A stretch of 36,089 nucleotides of DNA from an uncultured Candidatus Saccharibacteria bacterium (GCA_937976315.1 CALJRR010000032.1:1-36089); one strand, 5' to 3'; positions 19,673-29,070 are shown, counted from the stretch's first letter. Translations and numbers: made by a program. Notes: a model not told the origin generated them from the letters alone.

Positions 19673-20461
19673 ATGATGGATAATATTATTCTTCACATTC
19701 CTCATGCCTCGCTGCACCTACCGACCGATTTTTGGCGTGATATTACGGTGGGTAAAGAGATTGTCGAGAGAGAATTATGTTTCATCGCTGATTATAAAGT
19801 TGATGAGCTCGTTAAGAATATAGATAGTCATAAAATTATAGCTAAATATTCGCGGCTATATTGTGACGTTGAGAGGTTTCGTGATGACGAAGCTGAGTCG
19901 ATGGCTAAGCTGGGTATGGGGGCGACTTATACGCATTTATCTGACGGTACGCAATATCGCAAGATAGGATCATCTCGCCGCGAAGAAATTTTAGGCAAAT
20001 CATACGACTTACATCACAAACAACTAAACACATTGAGTAGAAAAATTGTTGATCAATATGGATCGTGTGTAATCATTGATATTCATAGTTATAGCGACGA
20101 ATTGGTGCGAAGATTGTTTGGCTGGACGGAGAATTTACCAGATATTTGCCTTGGCTATGATGAAAAATGGTTCGGTAAAGACAATGCATCAAAATTAAAA
20201 ACATATATTGAAAAAATGGGATATAGTTGTGAATTAAATTATCCGTATTCTGGGGCGCTGGTTCCGATGGAATTTTATCACGATGAAAATCCGAAGATAC
20301 AGTCGGTGATGTTGGAAATTAATAGGCGTGTCTATTTGAATGGTGATGCGGTAAGCGAAAAGGCTGTTTGTAATATAGATAAAATAATGAATTTTATCGC
20401 AGAAAATCTAAATCCTAATACCAAGCCACGCTGCCAAAATGTCGCCCGCAAAGTAGGCTAG
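19673..20461 (+). CDS. N-formylglutamate amidohydrolase family protein
   Basis: HIPHAS, SRLYCDVERF, IDIHSY, PDICLG, NYPYSG, SVMLEINRRVY; start uncertain (19655/19673/19676). Confidence 0.85.
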   Translation: MMDNIILHIPHASLHLPTDFWRDITVGKEIVERELCFIADYKVDELVKNIDSHKIIAKYSRLYCDVERFRDDEAESMAKLGMGATYTHLSDGTQYRKIGSSRREEILGKSYDLHHKQLNTLSRKIVDQYGSCVIIDIHSYSDELVRRLFGWTENLPDICLGYDEKWFGKDNASKLKTYIEKMGYSCELNYPYSGALVPMEFYHDENPKIQSVMLEINRRVYLNGDAVSEKAVCNIDKIMNFIAENLNPNTKPRCQNVARKVG

Positions 20462-20947
20462 TCCTGCCGCAATTGCCCCAAGAAGTAGCGTGATGCCTGC
20501 AGATTGCCAAGGTGATTGTTTACTGACTTTACCTTTGATGAAACCGATTGCTAAGAACGTTGCCGCAGTTAGCGCCGAGCTAACATAGAATAATACCGCG
20601 TTTGGCGCTTTTAAGTTTGCAATTACGTCAATCAAATATGGCAATACTGGTACGCTACCGATCACCACGAAAGCTAAGAATGTTACTGCGCCTATGATCT
20701 TTGGAGATGAGCGTTTTTGGGTGTCGCGCACAGATTCTTCATGTTCTGCACTTGCTGCTAAATATGCGCTAGAGCCCATTGAGAATCCGTCGGCTATTAA
20801 ATTAGCAATTCCTAATATAAGAATGACTGAACTGGATATTCCAGCACCGGCTGAAGCCGCCACGACTGCAAATGTTGTTACCGTGCCGTCGACTGCGCCA
20901 TAAACAAATTCCGGTATGTATCGTTTGAAAAAATCTCGCATAACCAT
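20408..20947 (-). CDS. VIT1/CCC1 family metal transporter
   Basis: VYGAVDGTVTTFAVVA, GIANLIADGFSMG motifs. Confidence 0.92.
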   Translation of the reverse strand: MVMRDFFKRYIPEFVYGAVDGTVTTFAVVAASAGAGISSSVILILGIANLIADGFSMGSSAYLAASAEHEESVRDTQKRSSPKIIGAVTFLAFVVIGSVPVLPYLIDVIANLKAPNAVLFYVSSALTAATFLAIGFIKGKVSKQSPWQSAGITLLLGAIAAGLAYFAGDILAAWLGIRI

Positions 20948-20987
20948 ACCAGTTTACCATATTATTAACGATTAGCAGACATCTCTA

Positions 20988-21016
20988 TTGACAATTTAAT
21001 AAGCTTATGCTATAGT
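20988..21016 (+). promoter_or_regulatory. Near-consensus sigma70 promoter
   Basis: TTGACA-17 bp-TATAGT with extended TGn. Confidence 0.7.
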
Positions 21017-21103
21017 GAAATAGTTAGATTATCTAATACAAACAATTTAACAAGCATGCTAAAATAAACATAACAAATATAAACTTTTGCAGAAAGGTAA
21101 AGC

Positions 21104-21325
21104 GTGGAAGATATCCAAACAGCCATCGTTTTATTATCAATCATCGTAGGATTGTTGTCGGTTATTATCGTAACGCTACTGGCAGTGGTTATCGCCTTGT
21201 TGGTAAGACTTAATACGGTCATGAAAAGCGTTAGTAAAATTACAACTAACGTAGCTAGTACAACCGAATGGTTGTCGCCAACAAAAGTTTTTAGTGAACT
21301 ATCAGGTTTATTTCGTAAAAAATAA
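21104..21325 (+). CDS. Small single-TM protein (DUF948/YtxG-like position upstream of YtxH)
   Basis: Long hydrophobic N-terminus then amphipathic helix; AAAGG upstream of GTG. Confidence 0.65.
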   Translation: MEDIQTAIVLLSIIVGLLSVIIVTLLAVVIALLVRLNTVMKSVSKITTNVASTTEWLSPTKVFSELSGLFRKK

Positions 21326-21344
21326 TTAAAAAAGGAGTAAATAT

Positions 21345-21614
21345 ATGAAAAAAGTTTTAGCAATTATCGGAGCAGTGGCAGCAGGTTTTACAGCTGGAAT
21401 TTTAACTGCACCAAAGAGCGGCAAAGAAACAAGAAAAGACTTGAAAGATAAAGCTGTAAAATTGAAAGCCGACACTGAAAAGGTGGCTTGCAAAGCGACT
21501 GCCGCAGCAAAAGATAGTGTGGACTCATTGAAAGCTGGTTCTCAGAAAGTTGGAGACGCTGTAGTAGAAACCGCAAAAGATGTTAAGGGCAATGTCGAAA
21601 AACGTTTCAAGTAA
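21345..21614 (+). CDS. YtxH domain-containing protein
   Basis: GAVAAGFTAGILTAPKSGKETRKDL motif; AAGGAG RBS. Confidence 0.9.
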   Translation: MKKVLAIIGAVAAGFTAGILTAPKSGKETRKDLKDKAVKLKADTEKVACKATAAAKDSVDSLKAGSQKVGDAVVETAKDVKGNVEKRFK

Positions 21615-21651
21615 TATTTGACTCTATTCAAGAAGACGTGAGATAATATAA

Positions 21652-22197
21652 GTGATGAAAAAAGTTACTTTCTATCTCGCGTCTTTTTTGATTGCTTCTA
21701 GTTTGTTAGTGACGCCACGGGCAGTTGAGGCTCAGTCTGTCGATGCTACGGCTGATTCTGAGATTATAAAAACGCTTGATCGAAACTGTAGTTCCGTAAG
21801 AGTTGCTATTAAAAACATCCATACCAATGACGCTCTGACTAGGGTTAATGTTGGACAGAGATATAATTCTATTTCTACCAAACTTATGGCCAGGCTGAAT
21901 GGTCGGTTGGCGATCAATAAGCTGGATAGCTCAAAGTTGGTGAATATTACTAATGAATTCGAGTCGACGAGGCTTAAGTTTAATAGCAATTACAATGACT
22001 ACGATACTGCGATGACTGATCTTCAGCGCGCAAATTGCTCTAATAGTGTGGCGGACTATTATCAAAAATTGACCGTCGCTCGCGAGGCTCGTAATAAACT
22101 TTCTGAGGACGTGAAGATATTGGATGAATTGTTAGTGAGATATAAAGAAGAAGTGCAAGTTATTAAAAATTCGCTGTCTGGAGGTTCTAATGAATAG
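21652..22197 (+). CDS. Secreted helical hypothetical protein
   Basis: Signal-peptide-like N-terminus ending AVEA; two Cys; coiled-coil-like character. Confidence 0.75.
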   Translation: MMKKVTFYLASFLIASSLLVTPRAVEAQSVDATADSEIIKTLDRNCSSVRVAIKNIHTNDALTRVNVGQRYNSISTKLMARLNGRLAINKLDSSKLVNITNEFESTRLKFNSNYNDYDTAMTDLQRANCSNSVADYYQKLTVAREARNKLSEDVKILDELLVRYKEEVQVIKNSLSGGSNE

Positions 22198-22534
22198 GGC
22201 TAAGGAATTATTTCGTAGTTATAAATTCGCTACGTTTATTGGGTTGACTATTGCGGTCTCAGTTGTGTTGGTGTCGATCGCGATGTTTATGTATTACAAG
22301 ACTGACGCCTACAGATTGGATTTGAGTCGCCCAGAATACGTTTCTCGCCGCAAGCAAATTAGCAAGGATGCGAATGAAAAAAGTCACGAATTTGACGCGC
22401 AAGGCACAGTAAGTAAGGATACATTGAAGGAATTTTTGGGAATTTATGATAAAGAAGTAGAGAACGTTAATAAAATCAAAGCGTTTTCTAATGATGTGTT
22501 GAGCGATAAAGAATTGGGTTTGTCTAATAATTAA
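22190..22534 (+). CDS. Single-TM hypothetical protein
   Basis: Overlaps upstream stop, GGAGG RBS, one TM segment. Confidence 0.75.
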   Translation: MNRAKELFRSYKFATFIGLTIAVSVVLVSIAMFMYYKTDAYRLDLSRPEYVSRRKQISKDANEKSHEFDAQGTVSKDTLKEFLGIYDKEVENVNKIKAFSNDVLSDKELGLSNN

Positions 22535-22537
22535 TCT

Positions 22538-23440
22538 TTATCTTCTGGTCATTGAGGTTGGGGTCGGCAGAGTCGCCAGAAGAACTCCTTCGCGATCGAA
22601 GTTTTGCAGCAATCGATGTCGCATTTCAGAGGTAACAGACCACTGATCTGATGGCTGAGTTTTTCCGGCAATGATCAATTCTGTTCCTCGTCCAGTAATA
22701 TCACCAACGGAAACGAATTTAGGCGGATCGATAATTTTCTTTTGCCAAGCCTTTTCTTTAGCCAATTCTTGACCAGTAGCGTTAATGATGTCTGTAACTG
22801 CAGAAATGTCAGAACTTGGGTCGATATAAATGCTAAAGCGCGACATACTATAGCCCATAGTTTTGTTGATAACGTGCTGAATCGTGCCATTTGGAACATA
22901 ATGAACATTACCCTCAGAATCTCGTATAACAGTAGTGCGAGTGCCGACTCTCTCGACGGTTCCAGCGGCTCCCATTACGTCAACAACATCGCCAACACGA
23001 TATTGATTTTCAGCAATGATAAAAATACCAGACAAGAAGTCCTTAACGAGTGATTGAGCGCCAAATCCTAATGCCACACCGATTATGCCAGCACTAGCGA
23101 ATAGCGGCGATAAATCAAATAGAAATAGCTTATTGGCGACAATTGCGGCGACATAGAAAATTATTATAATTTGCCAGAAACTTCGGGTTAATTGGATGAG
23201 AGTTTTTTCGCGCTTTTCTATGTCTTTACGGTGCCAGGAACGATGTTTAGCGGTGGAGCGTATAGAATAATGGATAGTCCAAGATAATAAATATTTCCCC
23301 AGAAAATAAACAAAAACAGAGCCGATAATAATGCTGACAGTGTCGATAATGCGCTCACTAATTAACCAGCCAAGGTTATTGCCGTGCAGCCATTGACCCA
23401 ATGTAGAAGAATCTAAGAACTGTTTTATAAGCTTATCCAT
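22538..23440 (-). CDS. MscS family mechanosensitive channel
   Basis: ASAGIIGVALGFGAQSLVKDFLSG, ENQYRVGDVV, GTVE..GTRTT, VPNG; start placed at MDKLIK. Confidence 0.93.
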   Translation of the reverse strand: MDKLIKQFLDSSTLGQWLHGNNLGWLISERIIDTVSIIIGSVFVYFLGKYLLSWTIHYSIRSTAKHRSWHRKDIEKREKTLIQLTRSFWQIIIIFYVAAIVANKLFLFDLSPLFASAGIIGVALGFGAQSLVKDFLSGIFIIAENQYRVGDVVDVMGAAGTVERVGTRTTVIRDSEGNVHYVPNGTIQHVINKTMGYSMSRFSIYIDPSSDISAVTDIINATGQELAKEKAWQKKIIDPPKFVSVGDITGRGTELIIAGKTQPSDQWSVTSEMRHRLLQNFDREGVLLATLPTPTSMTRR

Positions 23441-23464
23441 TATTGATTTAGTATAATAGAAAAT

Positions 23465-24106
23465 ATGAGTTTTGTCGATCCGAATCAATTTATTATCACC
23501 AGAAAACGTAAGAAGTATAAATTCGCTTTATTTCACAATTCACCTCTATGTTTTGAGTTTGACGAGTGGGTGCCGTATCATGTTGATGTGGTGGAAATTG
23601 GTGCTGGCAATGGCATGTTTACGGTCGAGTTGGCGACCCGTCATCCGGAGCAGGTGTTTGTGGCGGTTGATATCAAGGGCGATCGCTTGCAGAAAGGTGC
23701 GCGGGAAGCAGAGGCTCGCGGGCTTAATAATGTGTTTTTTGTTAGGGCTCGGGCTGATCAGCTTGGCGAGTTGTTTGCGTCTAACTCACTCAGTACTATT
23801 TGGCTGACTTTCTCTGATCCATTTTCGCGAAAACGTAGTGCTGGACGTCGTTTGACGCATCCGCATTTTCTGAAAACTTATGCCGAGTTGCTATGTGCCG
23901 ATGGGTCGTTAATTATCAAGCACGACAATCCTGACTTTTTCAATTGGAGTCTTGAACAGCTGGTCTCTGAAGGTTGGCGTTTGAAAGAATTGACCTTTGA
24001 TCTTCACGAATCAAACCTCGGCGAAGATTACAAAATCCTCACCGCCTACGAGCAGCGCTGGTTGGGTGAGGGTAGGGTGACGCACTGTGTACGGGCAGAG
24101 AATTAA
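23465..24106 (+). CDS. trmB: tRNA (guanine-N7)-methyltransferase
   Basis: VEIGAGNG, TFSDPF...RRLTHP.FL, KHDN, TAYEQRW. Confidence 0.9.
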   Translation: MSFVDPNQFIITRKRKKYKFALFHNSPLCFEFDEWVPYHVDVVEIGAGNGMFTVELATRHPEQVFVAVDIKGDRLQKGAREAEARGLNNVFFVRARADQLGELFASNSLSTIWLTFSDPFSRKRSAGRRLTHPHFLKTYAELLCADGSLIIKHDNPDFFNWSLEQLVSEGWRLKELTFDLHESNLGEDYKILTAYEQRWLGEGRVTHCVRAEN

Positions 24107-25407
24107 CCACCCAAGCTTAGGAAGTCGTGCTGCTGCGATGCTAGTGAGCGGTTTTTATAGCGCTTATCTTCACTAACATCCTTGCCGAACCATTCCGGTG
24201 GTTTAAATGTGTCGGCTCGTACTGATGCGTCAGCTTCTCGACCGCCAAATTCAACTTCAATGGTTGCTAGTCCTTCTAGATGACCCTTATAGATATCAAG
24301 CTCTGCTGTATATTTGCGACCATGTTCGTCTACTAGCGGTATGTAGTAACGAGTTTTTTCAACCCTTGCTCCACTTGTCAGTGGCCATAGCGTGTTAAAC
24401 ATCTCCTCGGTAATTTTAATGTTTTGCTCGTCGCGTATTACAGCGCCACTGCTCTTAACGGTTAATTCAAATCGCTTGCCATCGCCAAAACTTCTAATTC
24501 TTGTTTCAGATCCATCGGCACTTATCGCAAGATACCCCTGTTTGAGTTCTGCGCGTTGATAGCTCTCTAAATCTATTGGTATATTTTCTGGATCAACGAG
24601 ATACTTTCGTTCGACTTCTTTGAGATGATGTGGACGTTCGGGCGAGTTGTCTTTGCAGTAATTTTGACTCTCTTGAGCGTAGCGCTCTTCAAAAAGGTAG
24701 GAGAATAAGGCATAGAGTTGGTCGAGTTCTGGGAACTCGTTGCCAAACATGTTGTGATATTTGGTAGCTAGTCTGTCGCGTTCATCGCGCAATTTTTCAA
24801 GGCTTGTAACGCCAAAATCTTCCTCAACGACCCGAACGCCCTGGCCAGTAATGTCAACCAAGATGGCAGCCATTTTGTCCACATAGCGAGTCCAGCGTGC
24901 CTCTGGGGTGTCTTGTTTTTCGTATTTTCGGAGAGCATCGGCGTCGAGTGGTGGTAGTTCGGCCAGTAGTTCGTCGAGAGCTTCCTTCTCGCGTCGCTCT
25001 TTTTCGGCTTGTTCTTCGGGCGAAGTGCTGAAAGTTGCAACATCGCCAGTCTTAATTTCAAGCATATCGTGGACAAGCGAAAAATGGCGTATAAGATTAA
25101 CGTCAAGATCTGGGCGTAGCTCCTGAGCTAAGTTCGTGGCTATGCTCGCCAGCGAGAAGCTGTGTTCAACATCATTTTCACGATCACCATTAGAGAGTCG
25201 AGGTATTCTATCGACAAAGCAATATTGGTCAAAGAGTTCTGCTGCGCCGATGGCTGTTCGAGCCAGTTTTACTAAACGTTCTCGAGTACATGGTGAATGT
25301 TCAGGTTCATCTAAAGCCATCCATTCATCAACACCGCCACATTCGCGCAGAGTTTTGAGAGGACTATTATATTCACTACCGGTATTCAATTCTGCTATGT
25401 CTGTCAT
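24103..25407 (-). CDS. HD-domain phosphohydrolase fused to a CYTH/triphosphate tunnel domain
   Basis: ENDVEHSF, VHDMLE..GD, DK (HD_3/YfbR-like); KEVERKYLV, QGYL, RIR, KTRY, IEVEF, PEWFGKDVS (CYTH). Confidence 0.85.
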   Translation of the reverse strand: MTDIAELNTGSEYNSPLKTLRECGGVDEWMALDEPEHSPCTRERLVKLARTAIGAAELFDQYCFVDRIPRLSNGDRENDVEHSFSLASIATNLAQELRPDLDVNLIRHFSLVHDMLEIKTGDVATFSTSPEEQAEKERREKEALDELLAELPPLDADALRKYEKQDTPEARWTRYVDKMAAILVDITGQGVRVVEEDFGVTSLEKLRDERDRLATKYHNMFGNEFPELDQLYALFSYLFEERYAQESQNYCKDNSPERPHHLKEVERKYLVDPENIPIDLESYQRAELKQGYLAISADGSETRIRSFGDGKRFELTVKSSGAVIRDEQNIKITEEMFNTLWPLTSGARVEKTRYYIPLVDEHGRKYTAELDIYKGHLEGLATIEVEFGGREADASVRADTFKPPEWFGKDVSEDKRYKNRSLASQQHDFLSLGG

Positions 25408-25498
25408 AGACTTTCCTCAAATTTTTATAGCATCATTTTAGCATAAATTGTCAAAGAAGTCTATTTACTCAAAAAACATAACCGGCTACACTATAATT

Positions 25499-25846
25499 AT
25501 GCAATTTAACGATTATTCAATAAAAGCAATTTCTACATTGACAGATAAAGAATCTCATAAATATGGCGATGTTGACGCGAGATTGATGGCGCAGATATTG
25601 GGATTAAGTGGTGAATCTGGCGAAGTCATGGAGAAGTTTAAGAAAATCTTACGTGATAAAAATGGTGAGATCTCAGATAATGATCGCGACGCAATAATAA
25701 AAGAGCTCGGTGACGTGCTTTGGTATGTCAATTCTATAGCGCATTTGCTTGGTTGTAGTTTAGAGGAAGTGGCTCGCAGAAATAATGACAAACTGCTCAG
25801 CCGCCAGAGTCGGGGGAAGATTCATGGCAGCGGCGATGATCGCTAA
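25499..25846 (+). CDS. MazG-like nucleoside triphosphate pyrophosphohydrolase
   Basis: LGLSGESGEV.EK.KK..RD, KELGDVLWY, N..KL..R..RG.I.GSGD.R; start placed at MQFNDY. Confidence 0.9.
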   Translation: MQFNDYSIKAISTLTDKESHKYGDVDARLMAQILGLSGESGEVMEKFKKILRDKNGEISDNDRDAIIKELGDVLWYVNSIAHLLGCSLEEVARRNNDKLLSRQSRGKIHGSGDDR

Positions 25847-27093
25847 TTTTTAGCTAATTGCTCGCGAATCCATCCGTCGATTGTGCCAGCGCCCATACAC
25901 AGGACAAGCTTGCCAGAGTTCCTTGCCGCGGTTATTTCTTGCCATAAACTGTCATCTAATTCGGCGAAATGAACTTTTTCTTTGTTGATATTTTTAGCAA
26001 GTTGTTGTGGCGTCAAGGTTGGCAAATCTGGATTTTCCCTAGTTAAATAAGTCGGCAGCCAGTAAATTTCATTGGCATCATGGAAAATATCATTAGTGTA
26101 TTGGCCAATTATTTCGTGCTGGCGAACGTTTTGGTGTGGCTGATAAACCAGGACTACATCGTTTGACAGTTCTTTAGCCATCTGTAGTGTCGCTTGAATT
26201 TCAACTGGGTGATGTCCATAGTCAGAATATAGATTTTCGGCGAGCTTTTCAAAACGTCGTCCTGATCCGGGGAATGAGTTTATTGCTTGGTATATTTCTA
26301 ACCCCTCCGCGTCCACTCCCATATATCTCAAAGCTTCGATCACCAAAGTAGCATTCTTTCGGTTATGCTCGCCGGGTAGAGTGATATTTTTATTGGAATT
26401 GTGCAAGATTGTTAGATTTTTCTCATCAAATATGGCGGAATTTTCTTGCCACGCGATAACTTTTTTAGATTTTTCGCCGAATTCACGGAAGGCGTCTAAG
26501 TAAGATTCTTTTGTTGGATATGTGTCTGGATGGTCGTAATCAACAGATGTGATGAGGCTAATTTCTGGAGAAAAATGCAAAAAGTTGCGGTCGAATTCAT
26601 CACACTCGTATACGAAAAATTGGCTATTTTTATCAAACGTTCCGCTTGGTCCAAAACTTAAAGTCGAACCTACTGAATAGCTAACAGGAATTTGTAATTG
26701 CTCCATTGCCCAGACTAGCATACTCGTTGTTGTGGTTTTTCCGTGGGTGCCAGCGACCGCGATAAGTTTCAGGTTTTTATCGGCGATTATTTGTGCCAGC
26801 AATTCGTCGCGCTTGCTGGTTTTTATGCCTAATTTTCGCGCCAAGACTAATTCTGGGTGATTTTCCGGTAAAGCAGCGGTGTAAATAAACCAATCAAATG
26901 GTGATTTATCGTGCTCTGATTGCAAGAACGTGCCAGATTGATCAAAAGAAATAGGAATTCCGGCTGATTCTAATTCATTTGTGATTAGACTTGGTGATTT
27001 GTCGGAGCCGCAAACGTCATATCCAGCCTCTAAAGCAATTCTACTCAGTGGTCCGATACCAACGCCGCCAATTCCTGAAAAATAAATTCGCAT
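25843..27093 (-). CDS. murC: UDP-N-acetylmuramate--L-alanine ligase
   Basis: GIGGVG, AGTHGKTTT, ECDEFD, DHPD, RRFE, DYGHHP.EI, YQPH, MGAG; start placed at MRIYFSG. Confidence 0.88.
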   Translation of the reverse strand: MRIYFSGIGGVGIGPLSRIALEAGYDVCGSDKSPSLITNELESAGIPISFDQSGTFLQSEHDKSPFDWFIYTAALPENHPELVLARKLGIKTSKRDELLAQIIADKNLKLIAVAGTHGKTTTTSMLVWAMEQLQIPVSYSVGSTLSFGPSGTFDKNSQFFVYECDEFDRNFLHFSPEISLITSVDYDHPDTYPTKESYLDAFREFGEKSKKVIAWQENSAIFDEKNLTILHNSNKNITLPGEHNRKNATLVIEALRYMGVDAEGLEIYQAINSFPGSGRRFEKLAENLYSDYGHHPVEIQATLQMAKELSNDVVLVYQPHQNVRQHEIIGQYTNDIFHDANEIYWLPTYLTRENPDLPTLTPQQLAKNINKEKVHFAELDDSLWQEITAARNSGKLVLCMGAGTIDGWIREQLAKN

Positions 27094-27177
27094 ACAAATA
27101 TTATACCACCGCAACGGTAGCAATATTCACGTCATTGGGATAATTTGCTATACTAAAATCATAGAGAAAGTGGTGGG

Positions 27178-27843
27178 ATGGCTATAGATAAGAAGAAAAC
27201 CAAGTTCAGAATTAAGCGGCTCAGTCAGATTAAGACTTGGCAGTTGGTTATTTTACTGATTATGTCTGGTTTTATTTCGGCAACTTTTTTGAGGCTAAAT
27301 AATGTTGGCATGGTTGAGCGACGAGAATCTGTAGAAAATGCGGATAAGGCTGGGGATATAGTTAATCTTCAGCAGCGACTATATGATTTGCAGCGTTACG
27401 TGTCGACCCATATGAATGCAGATCCAGGTAGAATTGCGCTGGATCATACGTATAAACGAATGTACGATCGGAAGCTGAAAGAGTTTGAAGAAGAGATCAA
27501 GAATCAGTCTAACAATGATACTGTGTCGAAAGTTAGGGCTGTCTGTGACGCTAGGGCACAGCAAGGCGGTTACGGTCGATTTACGACGCAGGCGGATCCG
27601 AGATATATTAATTGTATCAACGAGGAATGGGCTAAATATCCTGCCGCGAAAGCCACTAATTTGCAGTTTGAAGCGCCTTCAACTGAGCCATATTATCACA
27701 CCTTCGTCTCGCCGATATGGTCAGCTGATTACGCGGGGTGGTCTTTGCTAGTGACGATATTTATTGCCATGATTATCGTGATGAGGTTGGTTGTCCTGGG
27801 GATGCTAAAGTTGATGCTTAGGCGACGAAATAAGCTTTTTTAG
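27178..27843 (+). CDS. Hypothetical membrane protein (two TMs around an extracytoplasmic domain with a Cys pair)
   Basis: 221-aa ORF, hydrophobic segments near both ends. Confidence 0.75.
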   Translation: MAIDKKKTKFRIKRLSQIKTWQLVILLIMSGFISATFLRLNNVGMVERRESVENADKAGDIVNLQQRLYDLQRYVSTHMNADPGRIALDHTYKRMYDRKLKEFEEEIKNQSNNDTVSKVRAVCDARAQQGGYGRFTTQADPRYINCINEEWAKYPAAKATNLQFEAPSTEPYYHTFVSPIWSADYAGWSLLVTIFIAMIIVMRLVVLGMLKLMLRRRNKLF

Positions 27844-27910
27844 CTTGACAGGGGTGATATAGAGATAGTAATCTATATAGGTATATCATTAATAGGAGGT
27901 ATATAACCAA

Positions 27911-28117
27911 ATGGCTTATAAACATACCAACTCAAAGGGCATCACATATTACTTGCATAAGACTGACGTAACTTTGCGCGGCGGCAAGACTCAAACTATT
28001 TACTTCTTCGCTAAGGTTGAGAAGAATGAAAAGGGTACACCATGTGATCTACCAGAAGATCGTATTGTGAAAGAAAACCCACGCAACGGCTTTTTGACAA
28101 TTTCTAAGAAAAAATAG
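27911..28117 (+). CDS. Small basic hypothetical protein (68 aa)
   Basis: AGGAGGT RBS, TTGACA at 27845 with TAATCT at 27869, downstream terminator. Confidence 0.85.
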   Translation: MAYKHTNSKGITYYLHKTDVTLRGGKTQTIYFFAKVEKNEKGTPCDLPEDRIVKENPRNGFLTISKKK

Positions 28118-28178
28118 TCCTTTGCTTGCACCATAAGCGTGTTTGGTGATATAGTATAACCAAACAAACAGGTGCCAT

Positions 28179-28210
28179 AACTCCTCTGCAAAATAGCAGG
28201 GGAGTTTTTT
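28179..28210 (+). terminator. Intrinsic terminator
   Basis: AACTCCTCTGC/GCAGGGGAGTT stem followed by a T run. Confidence 0.8.
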
Positions 28211-28255
28211 GTTGGGGTTGATTATTTGTGGATATTGTGATATAATAGCTAATAT

Positions 28256-28747
28256 ATGAAGTCGAAGACGGTTGAAGTGTTGGAGCTTGCTAGACCGAAC
28301 AGAGCGGGCGTTATTGATGTTGTTGATTCGGACGGTAATGTTGTGCCGTTGGATTATTTAGGCGAAGATTTTGTTCCTGATGCGAATAGCTATAGTGATG
28401 AAGATTTTACGAAGAGAAATAGAATTATAGTTGAGATGTGTGATCTTTTCGGCAGGATTCGTCGTCGTGCTGGCTTTGCCGAATATCATAGAGGTCGTGG
28501 CAACTATGATCGAGCTCGTCGCATAGAAAGAAACAGGGGTAGTGATATTTCTGAAGTTGGCAGACTTGCTATAAATGCTTGTGAAGCATGTCCACTTAAG
28601 CTTGATTGTGAACTGTATGGTAAATTAGGGGAGGCTGTTCTAAGTGATGTTTTGGATTATAAGAAAGTTCGCACAGCCACATCTCTGACTAAAGCAGGCA
28701 AGAAACGTCCGGGTTGGAATAAGGGTTGCATAGATAATGATGTGTAA
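28256..28747 (+). CDS. Hypothetical protein with WhiB-like CxxCPx4C motif
   Basis: AINACEACPLKLDC; TTGATT-17 bp-TATAAT promoter directly upstream. Confidence 0.7.
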   Translation: MKSKTVEVLELARPNRAGVIDVVDSDGNVVPLDYLGEDFVPDANSYSDEDFTKRNRIIVEMCDLFGRIRRRAGFAEYHRGRGNYDRARRIERNRGSDISEVGRLAINACEACPLKLDCELYGKLGEAVLSDVLDYKKVRTATSLTKAGKKRPGWNKGCIDNDV

Positions 28748-28784
28748 AGAAAAAGCCCCCTTCTAGACGAAGAGGGATTTTTCT
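28748..28784. terminator. Bidirectional terminator-like hairpin; probable original tRNA-fMet terminator
   Basis: AGAAAAAGCCCCCTTC/GAAGAGGGATTTTTCT imperfect inverted repeat abutting the left direct repeat. Confidence 0.65.
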
Positions 28785-28789
28785 TGGTG
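28780..28789. repeat. att core, left copy (TTTCTTGGTG)
   Basis: Identical to 30850-30859. Confidence 0.7.
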
Positions 28790-29070
28790 ACCCAAGTGCA
28801 TCTACATTGGAACCGTATCTGTAGCGAGATTCTGAGCTGAAGACGCTTAATAGAGGCGACCACCCCTTCAATAAAGATACCCACCGCCATTAAAGTATAT
28901 CGTAACAGAATGTGTTAATATCAATAAATTATCCTCTTGACTACTTTTACGTTGTCCAGCCTGATAAATTCATAAATCAGCACTAAATGTCGTGGTTGGG
29001 TTAGACTAAGATTGCCACAAAGGGCTAATCGAGGTCGCTTATTTAGGAGATTGACGATATAATCAAAATA

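Noticed and set aside
28785..28814. Extra tRNA or tRNA half at the island left end (TGGTG...GAACC)
   Set aside because: No cloverleaf can be folded; identity to tRNA-fMet is limited to the short att core
28657..28890. Minus-strand ORFs 28657-28890 and 28689-28871
   Set aside because: They cross the island junction and the hairpin and overlap the 163-aa gene; no family signal
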